DNA of 64,000 bases, taken from contig CM041465.1 in assembly GCA_023213395.1 (NCBI GenBank), forward strand, positions 209,691,741-209,755,740. Reading direction: 5' to 3'. This DNA is from Cycas panzhihuaensis. Lineage: Eukaryota > Plantae > Cycadophyta. The translations under genes were made by a program, and so were the position numbers. Numbering within the stretch: position 1 is the stretch's first letter; every line of letters begins with the position of its first letter. This document shows, in pieces, positions 15,156-26,982 of the stretch. Under the pieces are notes generated by a model. The model searched no databases. It was not told the origin of the DNA and worked only from the letters and a program-made list of their open reading frames with translations.

Positions 15156-15601
15156 AGCCTCCATATCTAACTGATTGGAGGAGATGATAACATGATTATC
15201 ATACTCTATTCTATTTGTGAAAACCCCCTATGGATGCTAAAGAATAAGAGTAAGTCTTTACGCTATCTTATTTGTGTAAACCCCTTGTGGGCACAGAAGG
15301 ATAAGGGTTATATTAGTCTTGGAAAATTAGAACCTATGAAAACTTGAAAGGGCATGGGGGATGACTAAATAATATATAGAGACCCAACAAATCAAGTTGC
15401 ACATTTAAGTTACTTAGCTATTAGGCTACATCAAGAGCCACCTTGACCATTTTGATTTAAGAGGCTATATATCTTAGTAAGTTCGTGGGTTTTTATTCCC
15501 CATGAGGGTTTTCCCACAAAAGTGTCAATGTAATAATGAGGCTCAAATGAAGACCTCATATAATAGATTTTATCATAATGATCTTTTACCATTAAGGGGG
15601 G

Positions 15602-15910
15602 GGTTAATATATGTTAATGCATTAAGGTCATTAGATTAATTATATGAAGGTGACTTTAAGTTAGCTAAGTCACATAGTTAAATGTAATTTTATTTACATT
15701 TAAGTGTAATTTCAGGATCATGTCATTAGGCAGGAAACTCCTTTAGAAACCCTAATGCACATCCTCTGATATATAAGGATGAATGTGAAAGGGAGAGTCA
15801 TAATTCTCACCTCTCATTTTTGCTCTCAATTTTTTTCTCTTCATTTTATTCTTATTATGTGCCATTGCTTTAGTATGGTGGAGTATGGTAACTTGATCCT
15901 TAACCCAATA
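15602..15910 (+). repeat. 3' LTR of copia A
   Basis: Follows the poly-G PPT, ends CCCAATA (CA>TA), then TSD GAACC. Confidence 0.9.
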
Positions 15911-16169
15911 GAACCTACCTTGGGTTACTTCTACTTCTACTTACTCTCATATCCCAATGCAAAAGCTTGTTAATAAGGTACCTTATTCTCATACATTTTG
16001 CTCAAGCACAAGTATTAGTGATTGTGCTCAAGCCTATTAGACTCATTCAACCTTTATCATTAAACAATCCCCTTCTCATATGACCACATCACTTTAGGAG
16101 AGCAAGCCATATGCTGTCTATAAGAAGAGCCTTTTCCTAACGAGGTTCTTCTTTATAATCTTCTCCCTT

Positions 16170-19100
16170 TTATTCCTAAGTTACCTAACTTTATTGGGGA
16201 ACTTGGGAAATATCCTTTAAGTCATATTGAAGCATTTTCTTTGGAATATACTTTTTATATACCTAATGATTTTTACTTATGAGACTTTTCTCGAGGGCAT
16301 TGTGGGGTAATGCACTTAAGTGATTTTACCAAATATCCTAGACTTTGGTCCTCTTATTCTAGCAACTAATGGATGTCTTTATAAGTGACTTTGATGTCAC
16401 TTGTCCTTTCATGGTGGAAGAAAAATCACTTCTTGTGATCAAGTAAAAAGATGATAAATTTGAAATAGATTTTTATGAACATTATTTCGATCCTAATGAG
16501 GCATTCCAGATTTAAAATTTTGAAGAATTATTCTCCCAAATCTATGAATCCATTGTGTAACAAAACTATTAGTATACAACTTTACTTTCATCCATTTCTT
16601 ATTAGGTAAAGCCTCTTGATGCTAATTCTAAAATGATTAGCATAGTCATACATTCAAGCCTAATTCCATCACAAGCATGCAAAACTAGTTCGTGTCATGT
16701 AGGGGTAGTTTCCTAATCAATTTCCTTCACTACTCCCTTTGCATTGCAATAGGATGTAGGGTCATTGATTACAATTAGCTTCATAGGTAGCTTCCCTATT
16801 AGTCTTACTATATATTCTCTTATACCTCTCTAAGTCATGTTGTGAGCCCTTTTAGACTAGTCTACGCCTAAAATAGATCCTTATATTAGGGATGAGGGCT
16901 CTGTTTTCTTTCATAGTGATGGGGTCTTAAAACCTCTCATTGACCTATCATCTATCCTTGATTTAGAGCTATCCATAGAGACTTATTGTGATTCTTTAAG
17001 TTAGCTTAATGAGCTTCATCTTGAGCATGATCATGATACTCATCTTGATGAGGTTCCAAACCTTTTTATTGAGTTTTCTATTAGTCCTAACTTATAGGTG
17101 CTTTAGGGGTCTTACTTTGACATGCAAGCTACTTAGATTGGGAGAGTTACCCTTTAAAAAAATATTAAACTTGAGCCATTAAAGTAAAAGATCCAACCCC
17201 AAGATGATGAGATTATTTTATCCATTTCAACTTTTAATTAAACTACTCCATATGTTTCCTTAGGGGTTAGATTTAATTTGTAGGGTTTTCTCATCATCTA
17301 GGTTAAATTTAATACTCTTACTAACTTAGGTGTATCTATGCTTGTTTCACTTATTTCATAGTAGGAACTAGGGACAATTCTATGAGTACTTATGTTACCT
17401 TCTACCACATCCCTATTAAGGCATGTTAGGGTCATGCAAGCTAGCTCAAATCCCCATATCCTTTAATTAGACATGGAGTCTTTTCCTAACATACCCTTTT
17501 AGGATCCTCCATGGAGTCCTTTGATAATGATTTAAGGAGCTCCCTATGGAAGACTAGTAAGTTTAGTTCTTTCCCTTGATCTTTAGTGCCTAGCATTTAC
17601 CTCAATTAAATTATGAGTAGGTCTTTTTGTAATAAATCTTATTAGGAATGGCATAACCTATGTGAAGCCTTTGTAAGACACTCCTTTGATCCATCCTAAT
17701 TGTTATCATGAGATGATTCTATATAGCCCACCTCGACTCATAAGCATCTTGTGTAATATGCTTATGAGGCTGAGACCACTTTTAAGTAAGTCATTTACTT
17801 TTACTTTTAAAGGCTCAACATCCTTTATAGCCTTTGGTGCTTCATCCATACTAAGTTGATTCTATTTCCCTTTAGGGAAAGGAATTTGATGTCACTGGGA
17901 AGAACTTTTTTAATAGGTTTAATATGAACTAGCAAGTTAAGGACTTTATTAGACTCTACTCCTAAGGAGAATAATCAATCCAAGGACCCCTTCAATAAGT
18001 TACCTCTTGATTTCACTTAGGATTATATTGGCATGGGGCCATTACATCTCGTTGTATCCACTTACACTATTCTGAAGTAGTTACCCTAATTATTCTTTTC
18101 TTTATACTTTGATAGCCAATTTCTTACTTGAACAATAGGCTTTAAGATGTCCCTCTTTATTAAGGATTTTCTTGGTCAAAACAAAGTTCTTATTCATCTG
18201 GATGACCTTTGTTCCACCATGGGCTTAAACTAAATTACCTTCATAATGCGAATAAACTATGGCTATGAGAAATCCATCTATTAAAGAGATTAAACTATGG
18301 TAGTTTTTCTAATCCTATGAGATAAACATCCCCCTCTAGAACAAGGATAAACTATAGCTCTAAAATCCATATAAACTAATGAGCTTAAACTATGGTTAGT
18401 TTCTCAGATTCTCTCTTTTAAACACCACTTTAATATAAACAAAAGACTCATCTTTTACCATTTTATCTTCTTGATTGAGCTTAGTGCTTTGTTGTATGCA
18501 AATATCACTCTTAGTAACCATGTAAGGCTACTATCTAACCATGAGACATAGGTATTATTTACCAAGCACACACACGTACATCTCTGTTGGTTTAACTCAA
18601 GCAATTTATCCTATTAAAATCCATTACTCTTTCCTCCTATGTTTGGTATTTAGGAGGGAAGAAGGTCCCCATCTTTGATTATCAACATAATAGCTAAATA
18701 TAAGTCTAAATGGCCAACTTCTTTTGCTATATGATATAGCCTACTTTTGAGTCCTTAACTAACAACTTTTGATCTTGACCTATTACCATCTCTTATAATC
18801 TTATAGCCTTTTAGGTAGACTTATAGATATTTCACTCTTGCTTGTTTAGTCACTTGTCCTCTCATGCTAGGATGGTTTCTAATACCTCTCAATTGCTCTG
18901 CTAAAGCTTGTTGTTTACTTTGTCACCATCCCTTCACACTCAAAGACACTTTAGTTTAGATATCCTTTTAGTTCTTGTAGTTTAGCTTTTGAGGATTTGG
19001 TTTGTGTTTTCTTATTTCCTTGGTTTCATTAAAAAGGTCACCCTTGTCATAGTTTAAGAAGTACCACTGTTTCATGACTAGGATAATCATTAAGCACCTG

Positions 19101-19900
19101 AGTCTAGTCACTCCTTCAATTCATCGCATCTCAATGAAAATTGCATGATGATAATAATCAAAGTAATGGTTGCTTATCATCTAAAAAGTAGGTTCAATGA
19201 TGCCTGGATCACCATGACCCTTGTCTAAACTATTATATGGTATGACCTAAAATAGTAGCATAGAGAGAGAGAGAGAAGAGAGAAGGAAAAAAAAAAGTGA
19301 GTAGAGAAAGGAAGGAGTCCTTTGTACATATGTTCTAACCTTCTTGGTATTTAGAGTAAGTTGCATGATGATTTTGTCTCCACCTACTATAATATAGTTT
19401 ATGTCCATTAGAGTGCATCATTTAGGACCTTGGGATCCAGTTACTCGGGCCCACCATGGTCTTAATTATGATTGAAATCTATTTGACATTTAGTAGTCTT
19501 TTATCCTTATTTATATTTAGGGGGTACTCTCATGATGAGAAAACTAAACCAAGATCATATCTTCTTCTCATCTTATAATCAAAATCAAGTCTCTTACATA
19601 GAATCATATTCTCGTAGGTTGATTCCCATACTATTCCTATATCTATCACTTTGTCTCTGAGTTTGTTTCCTCTTTACTATGGCATTGAGCATACATATTT
19701 ATGAAGGTAGTCAGGGTAACCTAGGGCTATCAACTACTACATGGGTTGTTCGTGACCAAATAAGCAACATGTTAACTTTTGTTAGCATGTTCCTACCTCA
19801 AACAACCAATAATTAAGTTGAGTATATTATTGCCATAAGAGCATTAAGTGACATATTGTAATTCTATGATGGTCCCATTGATCTTTTTTTATTTATTTCC
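16170..19900 (+). pseudogene. Highly decayed Ty3/gypsy-type internal region (likely host of A and C)
   Basis: Retrotransposon-gag-like relic at ~16210-16390 (PLSHIEAF...NDFYL..LFSRALWGNALK*FYQ, with frameshifts). Integrase-like VVRDQISNMLTFV at ~19745-19785. Boundaries not resolved. Confidence 0.5.
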
Positions 19901-20316
19901 AACTTGTGGTCTTTCAACTTATTGGTACCTATCATAGTCATTTAGCCTATTTACACTCCTTTCATAGTCAAGCTTTAACATTGTTGTCTTGCTTCTTATC
20001 TATTACAATCCAATATACTTCACATAATCAAAATATTAAAGTTGACTCTCTAGTATCTTATATTCTAGAGTACCATTACTCTTAACCTCATCACTCTAAG
20101 CTAGGGGTAATACTTCGTAATGAGTATAAACTAATTGGACACTCCATAATGAGTATAAACTAACTACTCACTCTACAATAAGAGTAAATAATAGCTCCAA
20201 AAACCCACCTACCAAAGAGCCTAAACTATGGCAGTCCCCATCATATACTTGTGATGGATGTGACTATCCCTCTAAGACCTTGTAGTCTTACTCACTCAAG
20301 AGATAGGAGATGGTTT

Positions 20317-20620
20317 CTAATGAGGTTAAACTATGGCAGCCAAGCCTTCAAAGCACTACTAGTGAGGCTAAACTATGGAAACTATCCCTCCAAAGAACTA
20401 CTAATAAAGGTCAACTATGGTAACTATCCTTTTAAAGCACTATTGATGAGGCAAAATTATGGCAACTATCCCCTTAAAGCACTACTAATGATGCTAAACT
20501 ATGGTAATTATACCTCCAAAGCACTACTAATGAGGCCAAACTATGGAAACTACCGCTTTGAAGCACCACTAATGAGGTTAAACTAGAAGAGGTTAAACTA
20601 CAACAACCATCCCCTTAAAG
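20317..20620 (+). repeat. 42-bp tandem repeat, ~6.5 copies plus a degenerate tail
   Basis: Unit approx CTAATGAGGCTAAACTATGGAAACTATCCCTTCAAAGCACTA. Related TAAACTATGG motifs at ~18225-18395 and 20222. Confidence 0.9.
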
Positions 20621-20646
20621 GTCCCATCAACATAATGGGTACTTTG

Positions 20647-20850
20647 TGTTAGAAAATATTTTGTAGTGCACATTTGTCGGCTTACAAGACTCACATTCTT
20701 ATAATTTTATTAATTGTCAGTTTCATTATACTCATAAATGTATGAGTATATAAACTCTTTTGTACATTGAATTTTACATATGGAAGTAAAGTATCTCACG
20801 ATACCATTTTTCAATACTGGAGTTTTTCGTGTGTATTGCAGATTCCAACA
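20647..20850 (+). repeat. 5' LTR of copia C
   Basis: TGTTAG...CCAACA with TATATAAA at 20747-20754. Confidence 0.96.
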
Positions 20851-21411
20851 TGGTATCAGAGTGAAGGTTCGAAGAAATTTCTACTCTACAGTGACAGTTG
20901 AAGAAGTTGTGGCCATCAAATTTGAGATCAAGTGCCATTGATCCTCTGTTTCTACCCGATCAAAGGTACTTTAGTTTTTTCGTTTCTTTTTATGTTTTTC
21001 ATTGTCTAAATCATCTATCCGCTTTCTAATTTGTTGTGTGATAATTCATATCTACTCTATCCTCCGTTCTGTTTATTTTTTTGATCACCGTGTTTTCAAA
21101 TAGCTTTATTACAGTCTGCATCAAGTTTCATTCCCATCTGTAACTGCATCACCCATGCTCATATTACACTCAGCCACCAGATGTATAAACATTTTGAACT
21201 GTATCCCTCTTCGTCTCAGCCATAGTTCTTCAGTTATTAGGTTTTTGATGGTCACCATTTCATATTGTGTTTGGTCGCCGTTCATCCTTATGCATTATCG
21301 CAGCCAGTATTTGATTGAAATCCAATCTAATTTTCAGGTAGTCTCTTCTATATCTGTAAATTCATGGATCCAAATCTCTGATGTATCTCCCACATATCTG
21401 CCTGTATATCA

Positions 21412-22101
21412 TTGTTCTTCGTAGACCGGAAACCATACAATCGTTTGATTGTCATACGCTGTAAAGAAAATCTGCTCCTTCTTAACGGAATCAGCGTATT
21501 TCTGGAAATTACAACCATCGTGACATCTCCCTTTAACATCAATTTCGAGGCTTAGAGGAGTGACATCAACAAGTTCTACATCTGTGTAATGCCCTTTCAA
21601 CACTGTGGCTTATACAGCAACATCGTATGCGATGACCTCGTCGGGATTTATACTCTTACACAGTTCCCTTTCCTCGAAGAACTCTTGAATCTTTGGAATT
21701 CGAGTGGATCCTCCTACCAAAACAACTTCATCAATTTGGTTTTTGGACATATTAGAATCCGCTAAACACTGCCTCACAGGTTCGATATACTTTTTGAAAA
21801 GATCAATGTTGAGTTCTTCAAATCTGACCCTCTAAATCTTTGAATAGAAGTCTTGCCCTTCGTAGAGGTAATCAATTTCAATAATGGTCTCTACTGCATA
21901 CAAAAGACCTCTCTTTACCCTCTCTTACGCAGTGCGTAACCTGCGAAGAGCCCTTGGATTATTGTTGATATCTATCTTGTATTTTCACTTAAATTCCTGC
22001 ATAAATGATTGACCATTCTGTTATCCAAATCCTCACCACCAAGGTGAGTATCTCCGCTAACAGCTTTAACCTCAAACAAACCCTTTCTTCATAATGACCA
22101 G
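21412..22101 (-). pseudogene. HSP70: Captured cytosolic-type HSP70 gene fragment (NBD C-half, linker, start of SBD)
   Basis: Manual minus-strand translation: [157 protein letters not shown]. Contains stops and frameshifts. Confidence 0.95.
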
Positions 22102-22598
22102 GCCTTCGTAATTAACTCTCATTCATTGCTGCTACTGTTCACGCCTCTCCTTTATCTTACGCAGCAGCCGTTATCCTTATGTATCACCATCACATCATTT
22201 TCTTAATGTTACATGGTTTTTGTCAATATTTCAACTAACACCATTCTAATACTACATACATGCAATTTAGTTATTTACTACAAAATGACATCGATTGGTA
22301 TTTAACGATTGCAATCACCATAGCGCTATTCGCGGACTCACAACATGAACCTTGATGATTGACACCTTTATCTCTTTCATGACGTTTATTTGACTCTAGT
22401 TTATCATGATTTATTTTGAAGTTTACATTTATATATATATTTTTTATTGTTTCTTGAATTATTTTTGAGATTTTTATGTTTTCTTTGTAGTAATCGAAGA
22501 TTTCGATATTTGGTATAGATTTCTCTTATCAAAAAGTTTTTTCTCAATACTTTTTTGGAAGCTTTTATTATTTTGTTAGGGTTTAAGAAACAAGGACT

Positions 22599-25500
22599 AT
22601 GGCAGCATTTCAAATTGGACAATCTCTACCAAAATTCAATGGCTCTGACTACCTATCTTGGTCAAGACAAATTCAAGTTATCTTACAATCAAAAGGTTTG
22701 TGGAATATTGTTTCTCAGGGGCTCAATCTACCTCAGCTAACTTTGTCAAATACAAAATTGACACCTGATTAAGAGTTAGAAAAGGAAGAACTTTTAAAGA
22801 AGGATAGTAATGCACTTTCACTTATATATATGTCTGTAGATGGGCAAATATTCCCATGCATATATGGAGCTTCCACCTCCCATGAAGTTTGGAACATATT
22901 AAAAACTAGTTATGAAGGGGCCATATCTCAACGACTTCAAAATCTGAGATGATGCCTTCAGATTCGATTAATGAATTCATTACCAAAATGCAAGATCTAG
23001 TCAATCAAATGGTATATTTGGGAGAATAGACATCTGAACAGAGAACGATCGAGAAAATATTAAGAAGTGTAAGTGAAATCAGTAAATTTGAAAATATTGC
23101 GACTACCATTGAAGTAACCAAGGACTTGTCTACCTTAAAGGTTGATCAATTATTGTCAATATTGCTCAACGTGGAAGAAAAATGTAAAAGCAAGGCTACA
23201 AATGAAGATTTAGATCAAGCTTTTACCTCAACTTCTAACTTAAGGATGAATCGATCTCAAGAAACAAATGTACGACAAAATCTTCAGTTCTCAAGAGGAA
23301 GGTCAAGAGGATTCAATCAAGGAAGAAGCTGGAATTCGTCAAGTACAAATCAAGGCAGAGGATGGAATTCTACAAGGTCAAGTCAAGGAAAAGGTGGAAA
23401 CCCTACAAGATCAAGTTGGAATTCTTCACCTATAGGTCGAGGTGCGTCTCAAGGAAAGGGCAGGGGTTATGGTCCTCAATGCCACCGATGTGGGAAATTT
23501 GGACATTTGGCTAGAAACTGTTATTCAATAAACACTATTATAGACATCCAAGAGAATTCTTCTAAAGGTGAGAGTTTATTCTATACTAGTTTAATGGCAA
23601 ATTATTTGACAAATGATGAATGGTTTATTGACTCCGGATGCTCAACACACATGACTTACAATACTATTTTTTTTTCAAAGATTGATAAGGATCAGAAAGG
23701 GAAAGTTATATTTGGAGATGACAATACCCAAGAAGTTCAAGGTAGGGGGACTATCTCTATTAAAACAAATGACGGAGAAAACAAGGATATTCACAATGTT
23801 TTACTTGTTCCAGGATTAAAGAAAAATCTGTTATCAGTTGGCCAAATGATGGAACAAAGATACAGGTTAGTATTTGATGATGGTGAATGCAAAATCTATG
23901 ACAAAAAAAGAAATTTTTCTTTGATTGCTAAAGGAAAAATGACTAAAGATAGATTGTTCAAATTAGCTCTATGTCCTCAAAATGTTGCCTTGAATGCTTC
24001 GGTTGATAATGATAATATTCTATGGCATCTTCGTTATGGACATTTAAATTATGGTAACCTTATCAACCTAAGAAAGAAAGGAATGGTTAGTGGTCTCACC
24101 TTTATTCAAAACAACAATGATGTTGTAAGGATGTTTTGTTAATATAATGGAGGTACCTTAAGTGTGCCGTTCGATCCTATGGAGGTGTTTTATTCTATTT
24201 GCTAATATCTTATTGTAGGTTCTATTTTCCAACATGTTTGTGAAGGATGTGTTTTTAGAAAACATCATAGGAACAACTTTCTTGAATCCAATTTTCAATC
24301 CCAAGCTCCATTAGAATTAGTTCATGTTGATTTATGTGGTCCCATGAATAATGTGTCACATGGAAAGGCAAGATATTTCATGATTTTGGTTGATGATTTC
24401 ACAAGAAATATTTGGGTTTACTTCCTTAAGGAAAAATCAGAAACATTCTTGAAATTTATAAAGTTCAGAGCTATGTCTGAAAGATAAAGTGGATTCAAAA
24501 TAAAAATCCTTCGTTCAGATAATGGGGGAGAATTTATCTCTAATGACTTTAAAAAATTTTGTAGCAAAGTCAGAATAAGAAGACAATTTACAACCCCTTA
24601 TACTCCCCAGCAAAACAAAGTAACTGAAAGAAAGATAAGGACTGCTACAGAAATGGCAAGATGTATGCTAAAAGGAAAAAAATTAAATGACTCATTTTAG
24701 GGTGAAGCAATAAATGCTATCGTGTATTTACTAAATAGAAGTCCAACTAAGGCATTGAAGGATGTGACTCTAGAGGAAGCATGGACAGGTAAGAGGCCTG
24801 ATGTAAGCAATTTAAGAGTGTTTGGTTATGTTGCTTATGCCCATATTCCTAATCAGAAAAGAACAAAATTAGAGAGCAAAAGCATTAAGTGCATCTTTAT
24901 AGGATATTCTGATGAGCAAAAAGCCTATAGACTTTATGATCCAATTGCAAAGGTTTTCTTTGTAAGCAGAGATATTATTTTTGATGAACATGGTGAATAT
25001 AAGGGTGAAGACGACAAAGGTAAAGAAATTCTGATTGAGATTGGCACCTCAGAAAAAAGGACAAATACAAATTCAATCGAAGATTCAAGCTTGAATCAAC
25101 AATAGGGACAGGATCCAAAATGGCTTACAAGAAGTCATAATCCTAAGAATATTTTGGATAATGACTTTAACAAAAGATTCACAAGATCACAAGCTAAAGT
25201 AAACTATGCTCTAATGTCTCAAGTGATGCAAAATGATGAACCTTAAACTTTTGAGGAAGCTACAAAAAGTAATGAATGGACTCAAGCAATGGAAGCAGAA
25301 CTCGATGCCATAAATCAGAATAAAACATGGGATATGGTTGAATTACCACCAGGTAAGAATGTCATTGGAACCAAATGGATATTTAAGACTAAATACAAAG
25401 CTGATGGGACTATTGACAAATATAAGGCAAGACTGGTTGCAAAGGGCTATGCTCAATAAGAAGGTATAGATTATGAAGAACCATTTGCTCCAGTTACAAA

Positions 25501-26759
25501 GATGACTACCATCAGGTGTATTGTATCTCTCGCTGTTCATCTTGGTTGGAAGATCTATCAAATGGATGCAAAATTAGCTTTCCTTAATGGTTATGTTGAT
25601 GAAGAAATTTATGTCTCTCAACCTCAAGGTTTTGAAGTTAAGGGACATGAACACTTGGTGTGTAGACTCAAAAAGGCTTTATATGGACTAAAACAAGCAC
25701 CAAGAGCTTGGTATGCAAGGATTGATAAATATCTTCAGGATAAAGGTTTTTAAAGAAGTAATTCAAATTTAAATCTTTACATAAAGACCTCCAAAGATTC
25801 TATTTTGATTGTTGCAGTGTATGTTGATGATTTAATTTACACTGGTAACGATGATGAGCTACTTCAAGAGTTTAAAGGATATATGAATTTTGAATTTGAG
25901 ATGATGGATTTAGGACAATTACATTACTTTCTTAGAATTGAAGTATGGCAAGATAAAAGTAGAATATATATGTCTCAAAGCAAATATGCTATGGATATCT
26001 TAAGGAAATTCAACATGAGCAATTGTAATTCCTGTAACACTCCCATTGAAGTTAGATTAAAGCTAAGTAAGCATGAAGAATCCACATCAGTTGACCCCAC
26101 TCTATATCGTCAGCTAATTGGAAACCTCATATATCTTACTAATACAAGACTAGATATAACATATGCTGTCAACCTAACTTCAAGGTTCATGGCAAATCTT
26201 AAGTAGGAACATTGGAATGCTGCTAAGAGAATTCTTAGGTACATTAAGGGAACAATTGATCATGGCCTTTTTTATAACTCCTTCAAACAAATGCAGCCTG
26301 ATTGGCTATTTTGATGCAGATTGGGCTAATGATATGGAAGATAGGAAATCTATCATAGGTTATGTTTTCAACATTGGCTTAGCAGCAATATCTTGGAATA
26401 CAAAGAAACAACCCACTGTGTCATTATCCACAACAGAAGCAGAATACAAGGTAGCTGAAGCAACAAGTCAAGAAGTTATTTGGATTAGAAGACTACTTGA
26501 AGATCTACATCAAAGGCAAAGTGATACTACGATTATTCATTGCGACAATCAAAGCACAATACAAATGTCGAAGAATCCAGTCTTACATGTAAGAACAAAG
26601 CATATTAAGATTAAACATCACTACATTCGAGAGCTGGTTCAAGAAGGACAGATTGAACTTGTACATTTTAGAATGGAAGATCAACTTGCAGATATATTTA
26701 CAAAGGCACTACCAAGGATCAAGCATTACAAGCTTAAGGAAGGTTTGGGAATTTTTTAA
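22599..26759 (+). pseudogene. copia C gag-pol (few stops/frameshifts)
   Basis: MAAFQIGQSLPKFNGSDYLSW. Zinc knuckle CHRCGKFGHLARNC. Protease WFIDSGCSTHM. LWHLRYGHL. Integrase LRSDNGGEF, TPQQN. RT YVDD. RNase H DADWA...STTEAEY...DNQSTI. Confidence 0.96.
24121..24234. other. 114-bp insertion in the integrase zinc-finger region of copia C
   Basis: Removing it restores NNNDVCEGCVF in frame. It has TGTTG...CAACA termini and brings in a stop codon. Confidence 0.8.
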
Positions 26760-26778
26760 AATATGCATTATGGGGGAG

Positions 26779-26982
26779 TGTTAGAAAATATCTTGTAATG
26801 CACATTTGTCAGCTTATAAGACTCACATCCTTATGATATTATTAATTGTCGATTTCATTATACTCATAAATGTATGAGTATATAAACTCTTTTGTACATT
26901 GAATTTTACATATGGAAGTAAGGTATCTCATGATACTATTTTTCAATCCTGGAGTTTTTCGTGTGTATTGTAGATTCCAACA
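26779..26982 (+). repeat. 3' LTR of copia C
   Basis: Matches the 5' LTR; followed by TSD CTTTG. Confidence 0.96.

Larger units (their letters stand above)
1089..15910 (+). mobile_element. Ty1/copia LTR retrotransposon A (degenerate, interrupted by element B)
   Basis: LTR pair 1089-1393 and ~15602-15910, roughly 85-88% identical by eye. Perfect 5-bp TSD GAACC at 1084-1088 and 15911-15915. PBS TGGTATCAGA at 1396-1405, G-rich PPT at ~15594-15601. Domain order gag-PR-IN-RT-RH. Confidence 0.95.
20647..26982 (+). mobile_element. Ty1/copia LTR retrotransposon C carrying an antisense HSP70 fragment
   Basis: 204-bp LTRs 20647-20850 and 26779-26982 (14 mismatches counted, 12 transitions). Perfect TSD CTTTG at 20642-20646 and 26983-26987. 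PBS TGGTATCAGAG 20851-20861; PPT TATGGGGGAG 26769-26778. Confidence 0.97.

Noticed and set aside
20251-20586. 111-aa ORF with LMRLNYGNYPSKAL repeats
   Set aside because: It is the translation of the 42-bp tandem repeat; there is no other evidence of coding.
20317-20620. CRISPR-like array (also considered for the 34-bp PBS units at 59821-59900)
   Set aside because: Units are wholly homologous with no unique spacers, there are no cas genes, and the context is eukaryotic.
20862-20882. Heat-shock element next to copia C's PBS (tGAAggTTCgaaGAAatTTCt)
   Set aside because: Two GAAnnTTC dimers are out of register (3-nt gap), so it is not a canonical three-unit HSE, and it lies outside the LTR. Heat inducibility cannot be claimed.
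21409-21603. HSP70 as a functional host gene
   Set aside because: Both termini are missing, it has several stops and frameshifts, and it is enclosed within an LTR element.
24125-24218. Intron reading of the insertion (GTAAGG...GCTAAT...TTGTAG)
   Set aside because: Splicing these 94 nt leaves 20 extra nt and does not restore the integrase frame.
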